From Isurus oxyrinchus (taxonomy: Eukaryota), in NCBI GenBank assembly GCA_026770705.1, contig JANJGN010000052.1:3534001-3598000 (forward strand): a stretch of DNA of 64,000 nucleotides, in the 5' to 3' direction. This document shows positions 53,022 to 64,000 of the stretch, one piece after another. Each line of letters begins with the position of its first letter. The first letter of the stretch is position 1. The notes under the pieces were generated by a model that did not search any database, had not been told where the DNA came from, and saw only the letters and a list, made by a program, of their open reading frames with translations. Made by a program: the position numbers and the translations under genes.

Positions 53022-53270
53022 TCAGTTTTTCTGGAACCTGATCTGTGCGTATTCCGTGTCCTCGCTCCTGTGCACAGTCCTGTCACCGCCGGGCAGCTTT
53101 GAAAAGTTGATGTTGGCGTAGAAAAGCTCGTCGGGTTTGTCGGGGTTTCCATGTCCAACATCGCCTCCCACTGGACCTTCAGAGAGACCCCGGGGAGCTG
53201 GGGTCTCCCCCTCACTAGTTGTGTCTCTGGTTGTGTTCTGGGGCTCAGTAATCAGCACGTTCTGTTTGCC
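53022..53270 (-). CDS. Siglec gene B, last exon with ITIM and ITSM-like motif
   Basis: ttctctgtAG acceptor, phase 0, 249 nt. Ends ..DELFYANINFSK..EDTEYAQIRFQKN*, like CD33-related Siglec tails. Confidence 0.92.
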   Translation of the reverse strand, partial: GKQNVLITEPQNTTRDTTSEGETPAPRGLSEGPVGGDVGHGNPDKPDELFYANINFSKLPGGDRTVHRSEDTEYAQIRFQKN

Positions 53271-54318
53271 CTACAGAGAAATAGAAACAGAAGACATCCT
53301 CACATCATTTACTGGCACTGATAGGGTTAAGTTATTCTGCAGCCTCGTTACTGTCAGTCATGTCTCAATGGGTTTAACCCTCTTTTTCACTCTCTTTCTC
53401 TGTCTCCTTTTTTTCAATCTCTTTCTCTGTCTCCCTTTCTCTCTCTCTCTCTTGCTTTCTCTCTCTATTTATCATGTAATCTCTCTCGCTATCGCAGACC
53501 TGAGTCTTGAAGTCCTATGTTACCATCCCAATCATGAGATTTGTGCCCCATTATTCACAAACACAGACACACAAAGAACCTCACGCCAATGAAGGAATTT
53601 TATTGAAGGGCGACACTGCTACAGTGTTGGAAATGTGGCCATGGGACCAGATAAGATGGTAAACATGGTCAGCATTATACAACTATTCTGAAAGAGGCAT
53701 CTCGAACACTGCAATGTTCTCTCAGTGCTCTCTGCTGACAGTGCAGCACTCCCTCGGAACTGCCCCTTCAAGAGGGCAGCACCCCTTGAAAATGGACTCT
53801 TTGACAGTGCAGCACTCACTCAGTACTGTCCTCAGTACTGACCATCCGACAGTGCAGCACTCCCTCAGTACTGGCCCTCCGACAGTGCAGCACTCCCTCA
53901 GTACTGACCATCCGACAGTCCAGCACTCCCTCAGTACTGACCCTATGACAGCGCAGCACTCCCTCAGTACTGACCCTCTGACAGTCTAGCTCTCCCTCAG
54001 TACAGACCCTCTGACAGTGCAACACTCCCTCAGTACTGACCTTCTGACACTCCAGCACTCCCTCAGCACAGGCCCTAGGACAGTGCAGCACTCCCTCACT
54101 ACTGACATCAGGTGCCTTGTCATTATTGCGTTCAGGTTTCTGGTCAAAGAGCGAGTGATGGAGGGAAGAGGGGGAGGGAGCGAGAGACAATGCTACCTAC
54201 TGAGCCATATCTGACTCCACAGGTAGATATCTGTGGGTAACCTGGCTGGGAATCTGGGACATGTGTTGTCTACACACTGAGATTGAAGCTTTGGAGTGAG
54301 TGTAAACAGCTCCTGTAC

Positions 54319-54400
54319 CTGGTGCTTCACAGAGAGTGGACTGGGGGTCAATACAATGTCACTGGTCCCTGAAACTCTCTCCTCCATCGCTGTCTTTCTC
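54319..54400 (-). CDS. Siglec gene B, cytoplasmic exon
   Basis: ttgcAG acceptor, CAG|GTACAG donor, 82 nt, phase 2-0: RKTAMEERVSGTSDIVLTPSPLSVKHQ. Bridges the TM and ITIM exons in frame. Confidence 0.85.
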
Positions 54401-54929
54401 CTGCAATAACACAATATCACACTGTGGTTATCATATAGCAGAGAGTCAGTGCAGCACAGACACAGAGCCCAGTGTAACCTTACACCAACGAATGGACTGT
54501 CTCTAGTTCCAATAAGGGATATCAGCGTGACATCACTATAATGGAAGTGTGTCATGTGATCCAATCTTAGTTTGACTTTTGCTTTGAGCAGAACACACAC
54601 TCACAGCTCTGATACCTTCAATCTTTCTCCATATGTATAACTGTTCTCGTGCCGAGTCTTGATAAACAAATCATTAACATTCTCACCCAATCCCTGTGAG
54701 CGATTGGTGCTTTGTTTCTTGTACAATAAATAAGCCTAAGGTATAATATCATTATAATGACACGCCATATCTTTGACCCCCCCTCCACCCCTGCTCTTCC
54801 CCCCATAGCCCTTCAAATGTTCCCCCTTCAAGTATTTATCCAATTCCCCTTTTGAAAGATCCTATTAAATCTGCTTCCAGCGCCCTTTCAGGCAGCACCT
54901 TCCAGATCACAGCAACTGATTATTATTCA

Positions 54930-55430
54930 TCTGGATAACGGGCAATGAAAAACACTGTCTGGATCGTAAGGGACAAAAGAGACCAGTTACGGAGAGGCAT
55001 CTAGTGCTTAACACAAGGGAAACAATCACCGACTTCAGGAAAGAACATTGAAGCAAATATTTATCCAGGAGTAATCGTGCAGAGTGAGGAATCTCTGGGT
55101 CTCGTGATTGTTTACTGGATACAGGACAATGAAAGGTTCTCTCCGGATCATAGTGGACACAGGGACCAGTTACGGAGAGGGACCTGGTGCTGATCCCAAG
55201 GGAAACAATCACCGACTTAAGGAAAGAACATTGAAGCAAATATTTATCCCGGAGTAATCGTGCAGAGTGAGGAATCTCTGGGTCTCGTGATGGTTTACCT
55301 GGATACAGGACATTGAAAGGTTCTCTCCGGATCAGAGTGGACACAGGGATCACTTACAGAGAGGGACCTGGTGCTGATCCCAAGGGAAACAATCACCGAC
55401 TTAAGGAAAGAACATTGAAGCAAATGTTTA
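54930..55430. repeat. ~185-bp intronic tandem repeat (about 2.7 copies)
   Basis: Repeated aacaatcaccgactt..ggaaagaacattgaagcaaat at ~55020, 55204, 55388. Confidence 0.85.
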
Positions 55431-55461
55431 TATTAAAATCAAGTTAAATCTTCAGACTTAC

Positions 55462-55558
55462 TTTCTCACACAGATGAAGATGAAGATTCCAGCCAGGAAA
55501 ACACTCAACATGATCCCAGCCGTGAACAATCCTACTGTCCATTTACTGGAGTCTCTAC
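55462..55558 (-). CDS. Siglec gene B, transmembrane exon (uncharged)
   Basis: ttttacAG acceptor, AA|GTAAGT donor, 97 nt, phase 1-2: RDSSKWTVGLFTAGIMLSVFLAGIFIFICVRK. Confidence 0.9.
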
Positions 55559-56373
55559 CTGTAAAAACAGCCATTAGTTACTGCACTACAGGTTTACAAT
55601 GATGCTCCGATGTATCTCGAGAAGCGATACACTCACTCAGTGTTTAAATACTCATTCTCGGGCAATGCTGACATTTATTTTCCATCCCTAGTTTCCCCTT
55701 GAGAAGGTGGTGGGGGGTCTTCCTCCTGAACCACTGGTTTGTCCCAAACTGGGAGACCAGTTCAGAGGGCAGGTAAGAGTTAACCATGTTGGTGTCTGAG
55801 ACTGGAGTCACATCCACATCGAGACATGCTTCCCTCCCTTAAAGGGTATGTAGTCTCTACACATGTAACAACCAACCTCACTGAAATAATCGACTATCAG
55901 GTCATTATCACACGGTGGTTTGCGGGATCTTGCTGTGCACAAATCAGTACCTGTGTTTCCTACATTACAACAGTGAGCTCACTTCGATAATGCTTCACTG
56001 GCTGTTGAATGTTTAGTAATTTCTAAGCAATTTATGAATACAAGTGTTGCATTTCAAAGTAATCCATGTAACATTTATATATATTTATCAATTAAAGAAT
56101 GAGAAGTTCAGCAATTAAAAGGGTTGTTCAGGACAGTTAGAGAGAGAAAGGTCGTCAAGTACGGAGATTGGAAACGAAGACCTGACAGCCTTGTCCTCAC
56201 AACCATTGAAGGAGAAACTGAGAGCAAAAACAGAAAGGGAGAGGAAAAATTGGATGTGTGGATAACGTGGACTGAGCGAGGATTGAAGAAAACTGGATTA
56301 AAAACAACACGATCCCAATGGCTCCACGGAGACCACGGAGACAACAAACAAACAAATGTATCTCCACACTCAC

Positions 56374-56655
56374 GTTCCACAGTGATGGTTATGAACCCCT
56401 CCACTGCTCCATGTTCATTCTCTGCCACACACTGATAGTCTCCAGTGTCCCTGGATGTAACGTGAGGAATCACCAACCACAGCTCATTGTTGGAACTTGT
56501 TCTGTTCATTGGGACATTAAGATGTCGCCACGTCAGGTTAGAAGCTGGGAAGCTCTCGACAGAGCAGATTATCACTGCAGAATTCCCCTCAATTATATTG
56601 ATCGATGAAGCGTTAATCATACCAAGTGAAGTAAATGAGAGATCCTGTGGTGCAT
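56374..56655 (-). CDS. Siglec gene B, membrane-proximal C2 exon
   Basis: 282 nt, phase 1-1, open. APQDL..IIEGNSAVIICSVESFPASNLTW..DTGDYQCVAENEHG. Confidence 0.92.
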
Positions 56656-57346
56656 CTAAAAACAAATCAAGTGTTTAATGTGAGCAAACCTATTGCACAG
56701 CAAGACTCCATGCATCATATCTCTGTATCTGATGTCTGAATGCATTTCCAGGTAACTTCCCTCAGGATAACGTCTTATGCCACATTTTTAATGGACACTG
56801 CCTATGTAAACTGTCACACTGCAGTTGCATTCTCCCACCAGTAGAGGTGTTGTCCATCTAGAATGAAAGAAGCTTGCTTTCACATCCTCAGGATTTCGCA
56901 AAGGGCTGGACAGGCAATGAATTGTACTTGATTGATGGAGCACTGAGGGGTAAATCTACAATTCTCTGTTCAGGAGGTTGCTCATCCAATTCAGGGTCTT
57001 GTTGATCTGGAGTTTACCTTCCTTCAACACAGAATCGGAGCTGATACCAAGACTCCAGTGCGGCACTGAGAGAGGAGAGGGAACTCACGTGTGTATATCT
57101 GTGTGTTTGTGTTTCTGCACATGTGAGTGTGTTTGTGTGTGTATGCACACATGTGTCTGTGTGTGTGCATGCGCATGTGTCTGTGTGTCTAGGTCTGTCC
57201 ATGAGTGAGAGTATGTGCATGTGTGTGTCTATGTGTGGGCATGAATGTGTGTGTGTGTTTGAGATGGGTGTGTATTTTCCTGTGTATGTGCTTGTATGTG
57301 TATGACTGTGTGTGGATAATTATGCATGTGTGTGCCTACAGGTTTC

Positions 57347-57379
<33 letters not shown>

Positions 57380-57438
57380 CTGTGTGTGTGTGTGCGTGTG
57401 TGTGTGTGTGAGTGATGTTGGAGTTTGCAGTAACTCAC

Positions 57439-57719
57439 GTTCCACAGTGATGGTTATGAACCCCTCCACTGCTCCATGTTCATTCTCTGCCACACACTGA
57501 TAGTCTCCAGTGTCCCTGGATGTAACGTGAGGAATCATCAACCACAGCTCATTGTTGGAACTTGTTCTGTTCATTGGGACATTAAGATGTCGCCACATCA
57601 GGTTAGAAGCTGGGAAGCTCTCGACAGAGCAGATTATCACTGCAGAATTCCCCTCAATTATATTGATCGATGAAGCGTTAATCATATCAAGAGAATTAAC
57701 TAAGAGATTCTGGGTGCGT
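57439..57719 (-). pseudogene. Siglec gene B, middle C2 exon copy with 1-nt deletion
   Basis: 281 nt. Starts AC GCA CCC AGA ATC TCT TAG versus AT GCT CCA CAG AAT CTC in its sister; splice sites intact. Confidence 0.82.
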
Positions 57720-58473
57720 CTAAAAGAAATAAAGATTTTAATGTGAGCAAGCATAGTGCACAGCAAGACTCCATGCATCATCTCTCTGTATCTGATGTTG
57801 GAATGCTTTTCCAGGTACCTTCCCTCATGAAAAATTACTGTCATATTTATAATGGTCACTTCCTATGTAAACTGTCACACTGCAGTTGCTTCCTCCCACC
57901 AGTAGAGTTGCTAACCCTCTAGAATGAAAGAAACATCCTTTAACACTCTCAAGATGTCCCCAAGGGCTTGATAGGCAATGAATTGTATTTGATCGATGGA
58001 GCACTGAGGGCTAAATCTACATTTCTCTGTTCAGGAGGTTGCTCATCCAATTCAGGGTCTTGCTGATCTGGAGTTTACCTTCCTTCAGCACAGAATGGGA
58101 GCTGATACCATGACTCCAGTGCAGCACTGAGAGAGGAGAGGGAGCTCACACTTGTGTGTGTACTTCTGCACGTGAGTTTGTATTTGTGTGTATGCGCGTG
58201 TCTGTCAGCACATGTGTGGACGCGTGTGTGTGTGTGTGTGTGTGTGTGTCTGTGTGTGTATGTCTGTATGTCTGTGCTTGAGGGAGTGTGTGTGCATGTG
58301 TGTGTCTTTGTGTGCGCATGAATGTTTGTATGTGTGAGTTGAGTTTGTGTGTGTTTCTGTGTATGTGTTTGAACGTATGTTTGTGTGTAAGTGTGCATGT
58401 TTGTGTCTACACATGAGTGTTTTTGCATGTGTGAGTGTGTGTGTGAGAGATGTTGAAGTCTGTGTACACTCAC

Positions 58474-58755
58474 ATTCCACAGTGATGGTGATGAATCCCT
58501 CCACTGCTCCATGTTCATTCTCTACCACACACTGATAGTCTCCAGTGTCCCTGGATGTAACGTGAGGAATCACCAACCACAGCTCATTGTTGGAACTTGT
58601 TCTGTTCATTGGGACATTAAGATGTCGCCACGTCAGGTTAGAAGCTGGGAAGCTCTCGACAGAGCAGATTATCACTGCAGAATTCCCCTCAATTATATTG
58701 ATCGATGAAGCATTAATCATTTCAAGCGAAGTAAATGTGAGATTCTGTGGAGCAT
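58474..58755 (-). CDS. Siglec gene B, most 5' C2 exon in the window
   Basis: 282 nt, phase 1-1, open; ttcttAG acceptor, T|GTGAGT donor. Confidence 0.92.
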
Positions 58756-61384
58756 CTAAGAACAAATCAAGTGTTTAATGTGAGCAAGCAGCGTGCACAG
58801 CAAGACTCCATGCATCATCTCTCTGTATCTGATGTCTGTATGCATTTCCAGATACCTTCCCTCCATATAACTTCCACTGTCAAATTTATAATGGGCACTG
58901 CCTCTGTAAACAGTCAAACTACAGTTACATTCTCCCACCAGTAGAGGTGCTGTTCACCTAGAATGAAAGAAACTTTCACATCCTCAGGATTTTGCCAAGG
59001 GATTTACTGGAATGAATTGTATTTGATCGATGGAGCACTGAGGGGTAAATCTACAATTCTCTGTTCAGGAGGTTGCTCATCCAGTTCAGGGTCTTGTTGA
59101 TCTGGAGTTTACCTTCCTTCAACACAGAATCGGAGCTGACACCGAGACTCCAGTGCAGCCCTGAGAGAGGAGAGGGACCTCGCGCGTGTTTATGTGTATG
59201 TGTTTGTGTTTCTACATATGTGAGTATGTTTGTGTGAGTATGCATGCATGTGTCTGTGTGTGCATGTGTGTATGTGTTTGCGCAAATGTGCGTGTGTCTT
59301 TGTGTATATTTCTGTGCATAAGTGAATGTGTGTACATGTGTATGTGTATGTGTGTGCACGTGTGAGTGTGTGTGTGTGAGTTGAGTGTGTGTATGTTTCT
59401 GTGTAGGTTTTTGCACGTGTATGACTGTGTGTAAATGTGCATGTATGTGCCTACACATGAGTGTGTGTGTGTGTGTGTGTGTGTGTGTACATGTGTGCAT
59501 GTGGATTGTCGCATCTTTATTATTAACGTTATTTAAAAATAGTGATCACACAAGCCTGGCTTCTAAGGAGATGAAACTGCAAACAATTTACAGTATAGTG
59601 AAATGTACAGGAATAATCTATTTATTTTGAGTTGATGATATATAATTATACATGAGGCATGTTGCTAATTTCAAACATCATCTGAAATATGGCAGGTCTG
59701 ACAGAGCAGCATTCGCTCAGTGTCCACCCTCTGACAGTGCAGCACTCCCTCAGCATTGACGCTTTGAGAGTGCAGCACTCCTTCAGTATTGACCCTCTGG
59801 AAGTGCAGCACTCCCTCAGTGTTAACCCTCCAACAGTGCAGCACTCCCTGAGTACTGACCCTCTGACAGTTCAGCACTGCCTCAGTACTGACCCTTTGAT
59901 AGAGCAGGGTTTCCCTCAGTACTGACCTCCTGACAGTGCAGCACTCCCTCAGTACTGACCCTCTGACAGTGCAGCACTCCCTCAATATTGACCCTCCAAC
60001 AGTGCAGCACTCCCTCAGCACTCCCTCACTGGGGAGAGTCCATCTGGGTTTTGAGCTGAAACCTTGAGACGGTTTGAAAACCCCAACCTGCTGTCTTGGA
60101 GAGAGAGAGAGAGAGAGTGAGTGCGTGTGTGAGAAAGAGAGACAATGTGTGTGTGAGAGAGTGACAGTGCGTATGTGTGCGAGAGAGAAGGATAGAGAGA
60201 AAGAGAAAATGTGTGAGAGAGCAAAAGAGAGGTAGAGTGTGTGTGTGCATGAGAGAGAGAGGTAGCTGAATTGTGTGAGAGAGAGAGTGTGTGTGAGAGA
60301 AAGGGAATGTTTGTGTTAGAGAGAGAGCTTATGTGTGAGAGAGAAAGAAAGAGAGAGAATCTGTGTGTGTTAGATAGTGTGTGTGTGAAAGAGAGAGTGT
60401 GTATGTGAGAGAGCGTGTGCGTGAGAGCGTGTGTGTGTGTGTGTTTGAGAGAGAGGGTGTATGTGTTTGAGAGAAGGAGTGTGCGAGAGAGGGTGTGTGT
60501 ATTTGAGAGGGAGTGTGTGTGTTTAAAAGAATGAACAAGGGAAAATGTGTGTATGTGTGTGTGTGTGTCTGCGTGTGCATTCTGAATGAGCTGAGTTACA
60601 GAGTGAGCGAAAGGTACAAAAATAGTGTGAGAGAGAGGGAGAGATACAGAGTGGGAGAAGGAGACAGGGGAGAGAGAGGGAGAGAGACAGGAAAAGGGAG
60701 AGAGGAGAGAAAGATTGGGAGAGAGGGCAATAGAGAGGAAGAGCAGGAGAGAGAGAGACAGGGAGAGGAGGAGTGGATGAGAGGAAGAGAGAGAGAGATA
60801 TGGAGCAGGAGAACACCTCCTCCGGTCCCGATGTTCCTCCAAAATCTCTGACATTACTGCATCTCCCGGGTCCCCCTGATTCCCATCGCTCCACCATTGG
60901 TGGCCGTGCCTTCAGCTGCCTGGGGCCCTGAGCTCCGGAATACCCTCCCTTAACCTCTCTGCCTCTCTCTCTCTCTCTCCTTTAAGACGCTCCTTAAAAA
61001 CTGACATCTTTGACCAAGCTTTTGGTCACCTATCCCTAATATCTCCATATGTGACTCAGTGTTAGACTTCTCTCTGATTTACGCTCCGGTAATGTGGGCT
61101 GGGACATTTTGCAATGTCAGAGGCGCTGTGTAAATGCAAGTTGTGAGTGTTATGTGGAAGGGAGACCCCAGGCGGCAGTCAGTGCCAGAGACTGGAGTCA
61201 TTGTGCGCAGACCGTATCTAATCTCTCCGAATGCACAATCGGTTTGACTGTCAGCCAAAGCACTTTTGATATTTGATCCTTCTAACTGTTTATAACCAGG
61301 CCTACATCATACACCGAGAGGCTGGTTAATCAACAGACACCTTAGAGGATCGAGTGAAAGACAAAGAGGACTTGCATTTCTCTA

Positions 61385-61533
61385 TAAAAACAAAGAAAAC
61401 TGCGGATGCTGGAAATCCAAAACAAAAACAGAATTACCTGAAAAAACTCAGCAGGTCTGGCAGCATTGGCGGAGAAGAAAAGAGTTGACGTTTCGAGTCC
61501 TCAGAAGGGTCATGAGGACTCGAAAAGTCAACT
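61385..61533 (+). mobile_element. Short Penelope-like terminal fragment with 14-bp flanking duplication
   Basis: Flanked by cttgcatttctcta (61371-61384 and 61534-61547), which is single-copy in the left arm. Internal inverted repeat; related fragments at ~24810-24900 and ~41615-41700. Confidence 0.7.
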
Positions 61534-62509
61534 CTTGCATTTCTCTAGCGCCTTCCAACACATCAGGACGTCCCAAACTGTTTCGCAGACAATCAAGTGC
61601 TTTTTTTTCTTTCATGTGAGGTCACTGATGTACTGTGGGAAAAGAATCAGCCATTGGCGCACAGTAAGATCCCACAGACAGCAGCATGATAATGACCAGC
61701 GCGCTCCCAGTACTTGCACTGCAAGAGTCAGTTCAGGGTGTCTGCTCGATTCTCTGCAACTCTCAGCTCTGAGTTAAAAGGACCACCAGGCGTAATTGAG
61801 GAATGACCGAGCTGTCGGAGGGTCAGTACCGGCGGGGGGGCAGGACAGTCGGAGGGTCAGTACTGAGGGGGTGCTGCATTGTCAGACGGTCAGTCTTGGA
61901 GTGCTGCATTGTCAGAGGGCCAGTACCGGCGGGGGACTGCACAGTCGGAGGGTCAGTACTGAGGGGTTGCTGCATTGTCAGACGGTCAGTACTGAGGGAT
62001 TGCTGCACAGTCGGAGGGTCAGTACTGAGGGGGTGCTGCACTGTTGAAGGCGCTGTCTTTCAGATGAGATGTTAAACTGAGACAACATCTGCCCTCTCAG
62101 ATGGATGTAGAGGATTCCATGGCCACAATTTAGATGAAGTGCGTCAGGAGTTGGGGGGTATGTGTGGAGGGGGTGATGGGGGGTGGATGGGTGGAGTTAT
62201 GTCTGCTTTCCTGGGGCAAACATTTATCCCTCAACTGACATTGGTAAAAAACTGAAAATTGGGGCCATTATCACATTTCTGTTTGTGGGATCTTGCTGTG
62301 CGTGAATTGCCTGCTGCGTTTCCTACATTACAGCGGTGAGCTCACTTCAGAAAAAGTCCTTCCTTCAGCTGTGGAACACTTTGGGCCATCCTGAGGAGGG
62401 GAAAGGCGCTATAGAAATGCGCCATCCTCCTTCCAATGACGCGCCTGATTGAAATGATGCCTTCTTTCTTTCCGGAATGTTCTCACCTATTGTGCTCCTG
62501 CTTTTCCAG

Positions 62510-62626
62510 GGCTCCTTGCTGCAGCGCCAGAAGAGAATGGGCAGACAGCAGCTCTGCAGATTCTGCTGTAACTGCTGTAATTGGAGAGAACCAAATGAGA
62601 CTTGTGGTCTCTGCTGTAGATATTAG
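62510..62626 (+). CDS. HAMP: Hepcidin exon 3 (copy R, intact furin site; exons 1-2 not found upstream)
   Basis: cttttccAG acceptor; GSLLQRQKR|MGRQQLCRFCCNCCNWREPNETCGLCCRY*. Confidence 0.92.
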   Translation, partial: GSLLQRQKRMGRQQLCRFCCNCCNWREPNETCGLCCRY

Positions 62627-63073
62627 ACCCTGGCCTCATTCACGCAAGGTCATCCTGCACCATGCCACAGCCTCTCCCCTCCTTATCTACTGCTTAGCAA
62701 TCTATTTCACACAGGCCCTGTTCATTAATTCCAGCTGAAACTTTACCTGCGTTTTACAGCAGGGAAAGAAGCCATTTGGCCCATCTGCTCCATGCTGGTG
62801 TTTCTGCTCCACACGAGTCTCCGCCCACCCCTTCTCCATCTCACCCCATCACCATATCCTTCTATTCATTTCTCCCTCGTGTGTTTATCCAGCTTCCCCT
62901 TAAATACATCGACACTATTCACCTCACGTGACTGTGTTTGTGTCTGTCTTTATGAGCGTGTGTGTGTGACTGTCAATATGTGTGTGTTAATGTGAATGTG
63001 TGTGATTGTGTCAGCGTGTGTGTGTGTATGTGTGACTGTCAGTGCGTGTCAATGTGAATGTGTGTGATTGTGT

Positions 63074-63111
<38 letters not shown>

Positions 63112-64000
63112 CTGTGTCAGTGTGTGTCAATGTGAATGAGTGAGTGTGTCAGTGTGTCTGTGTGGGTGTGTGTGACTGTGTCAGTGTGTGTCAATGTGAA
63201 TGAGTGAGTGTGTCAGTGTGTCTGTGTGGGTGTGGTTGTGTGAGTGTGCAAGTGAATGTGTGAGGAATCTTATGACTAAGTCATTTGAATGGATGTTACT
63301 GGGGTTAATGATAGTTAAAATTCAGAGAGATGTAAAGCGGGCTCCTGATTTTGCTGCTTTATGCTCCCGGGCACAGATTGACCCCGACAATGTGTTCATG
63401 ATTCACCATCATCTTGTCGGGACTTTAATTGTAAAGATTATGATTTGTGAAAAAAAATGAATAAACAACTTTTGTCTTCACAAAGTGTCTGGCTTGGTAT
63501 TTCAGGCTACTTGTCTCTCCCTCACCCTCCCCCCCCACCATGCCCCCCACACCAGGGAACAATTGTCCCCCCTTCCTCTGAAGTTCTGGGTAAAGATCAG
63601 CTTTATTCAATGCAAGCTGTTCCGACATCGAGAACGTTGTTACAAATATCTCACAAAGGGCACACGCCATGATAGCCCACTTTCAACAGATTTTACCAGT
63701 TGACCAGGTTGAAAACCTTTTCATAAACCACAACGTAGGTGTTCAATTCTTGCTGCTGTTTGCTTAATGTTCTCATAACTGCTATAACCTCTCTAGTTCC
63801 ACTACATAACAACACCAACATAAATAAACAGAAGCAGGAGTAGGCCTTTTGGCCTCCCAAGCCAGCTTGTCCATTTAATTTGAACCTGGCTCCTGCTGAA
63901 AGTTATTTAAGTTGAAGCGATAAAGCCATCAGGTGCAGGGATTAAAATGTAAGCAAAGGAAAAATAATACTTAGACATGAGATTTAAAATCAGTTTCTGT

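Larger units (their letters stand above)
60593..64000 (-). repeat. Right arm of the inverted duplication
   Basis: Reverse complement of 29363-32861, with a private insertion (61385-61533) and lacking ~30440-30720. Confidence 0.95.

Noticed and set aside
62436-62738. 100-aa ORF MTRLIEMM...
   Set aside because: Wrong frame; the real coding frame is hepcidin exon 3 (62510-62626).

Overview
Repeat-rich vertebrate genomic DNA with four N-gaps. The CR1/L2 LINEs and DeuSINE-derived minisatellites suggest a cartilaginous fish (inference). The window holds an immune locus that the ORF track shows only partly. (1) Siglec gene A (+) has seven tandem, open, phase 1-1 V-set exons, six of them in a ~2.3-kb tandem array. 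They are followed by one Siglec domain-2 C2 exon, a broken domain-3 remnant, and a terminal transmembrane exon with an intramembrane Arg and no ITIM (activating type). (2) Siglec gene B (-) is present as its 3' half: three tandem C2 exons (the middle one frameshifted), a neutral TM, and an ITIM plus ITSM-like tail (inhibitory type). (3) A third, MAG/sialoadhesin-like Siglec (-) has a leader and a V exon cut off by a Gypsy remnant. (4) A three-exon hepcidin (HAMP) gene lies on the - strand with TATA, BMP-RE-like and C/EBP-like promoter motifs. A second hepcidin exon 3 lies on the + strand inside a >3.4-kb inverted duplication, and the two copies differ only at the furin site and mature N-terminus. 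The leading candidates for something new are a poly-V-set activating Siglec whose repeated domains carry an extra Cys positioned to chain V domains together, an atypical hepcidin, and an inverted-repeat layout that could re-pair both the Siglec and the hepcidin exons.
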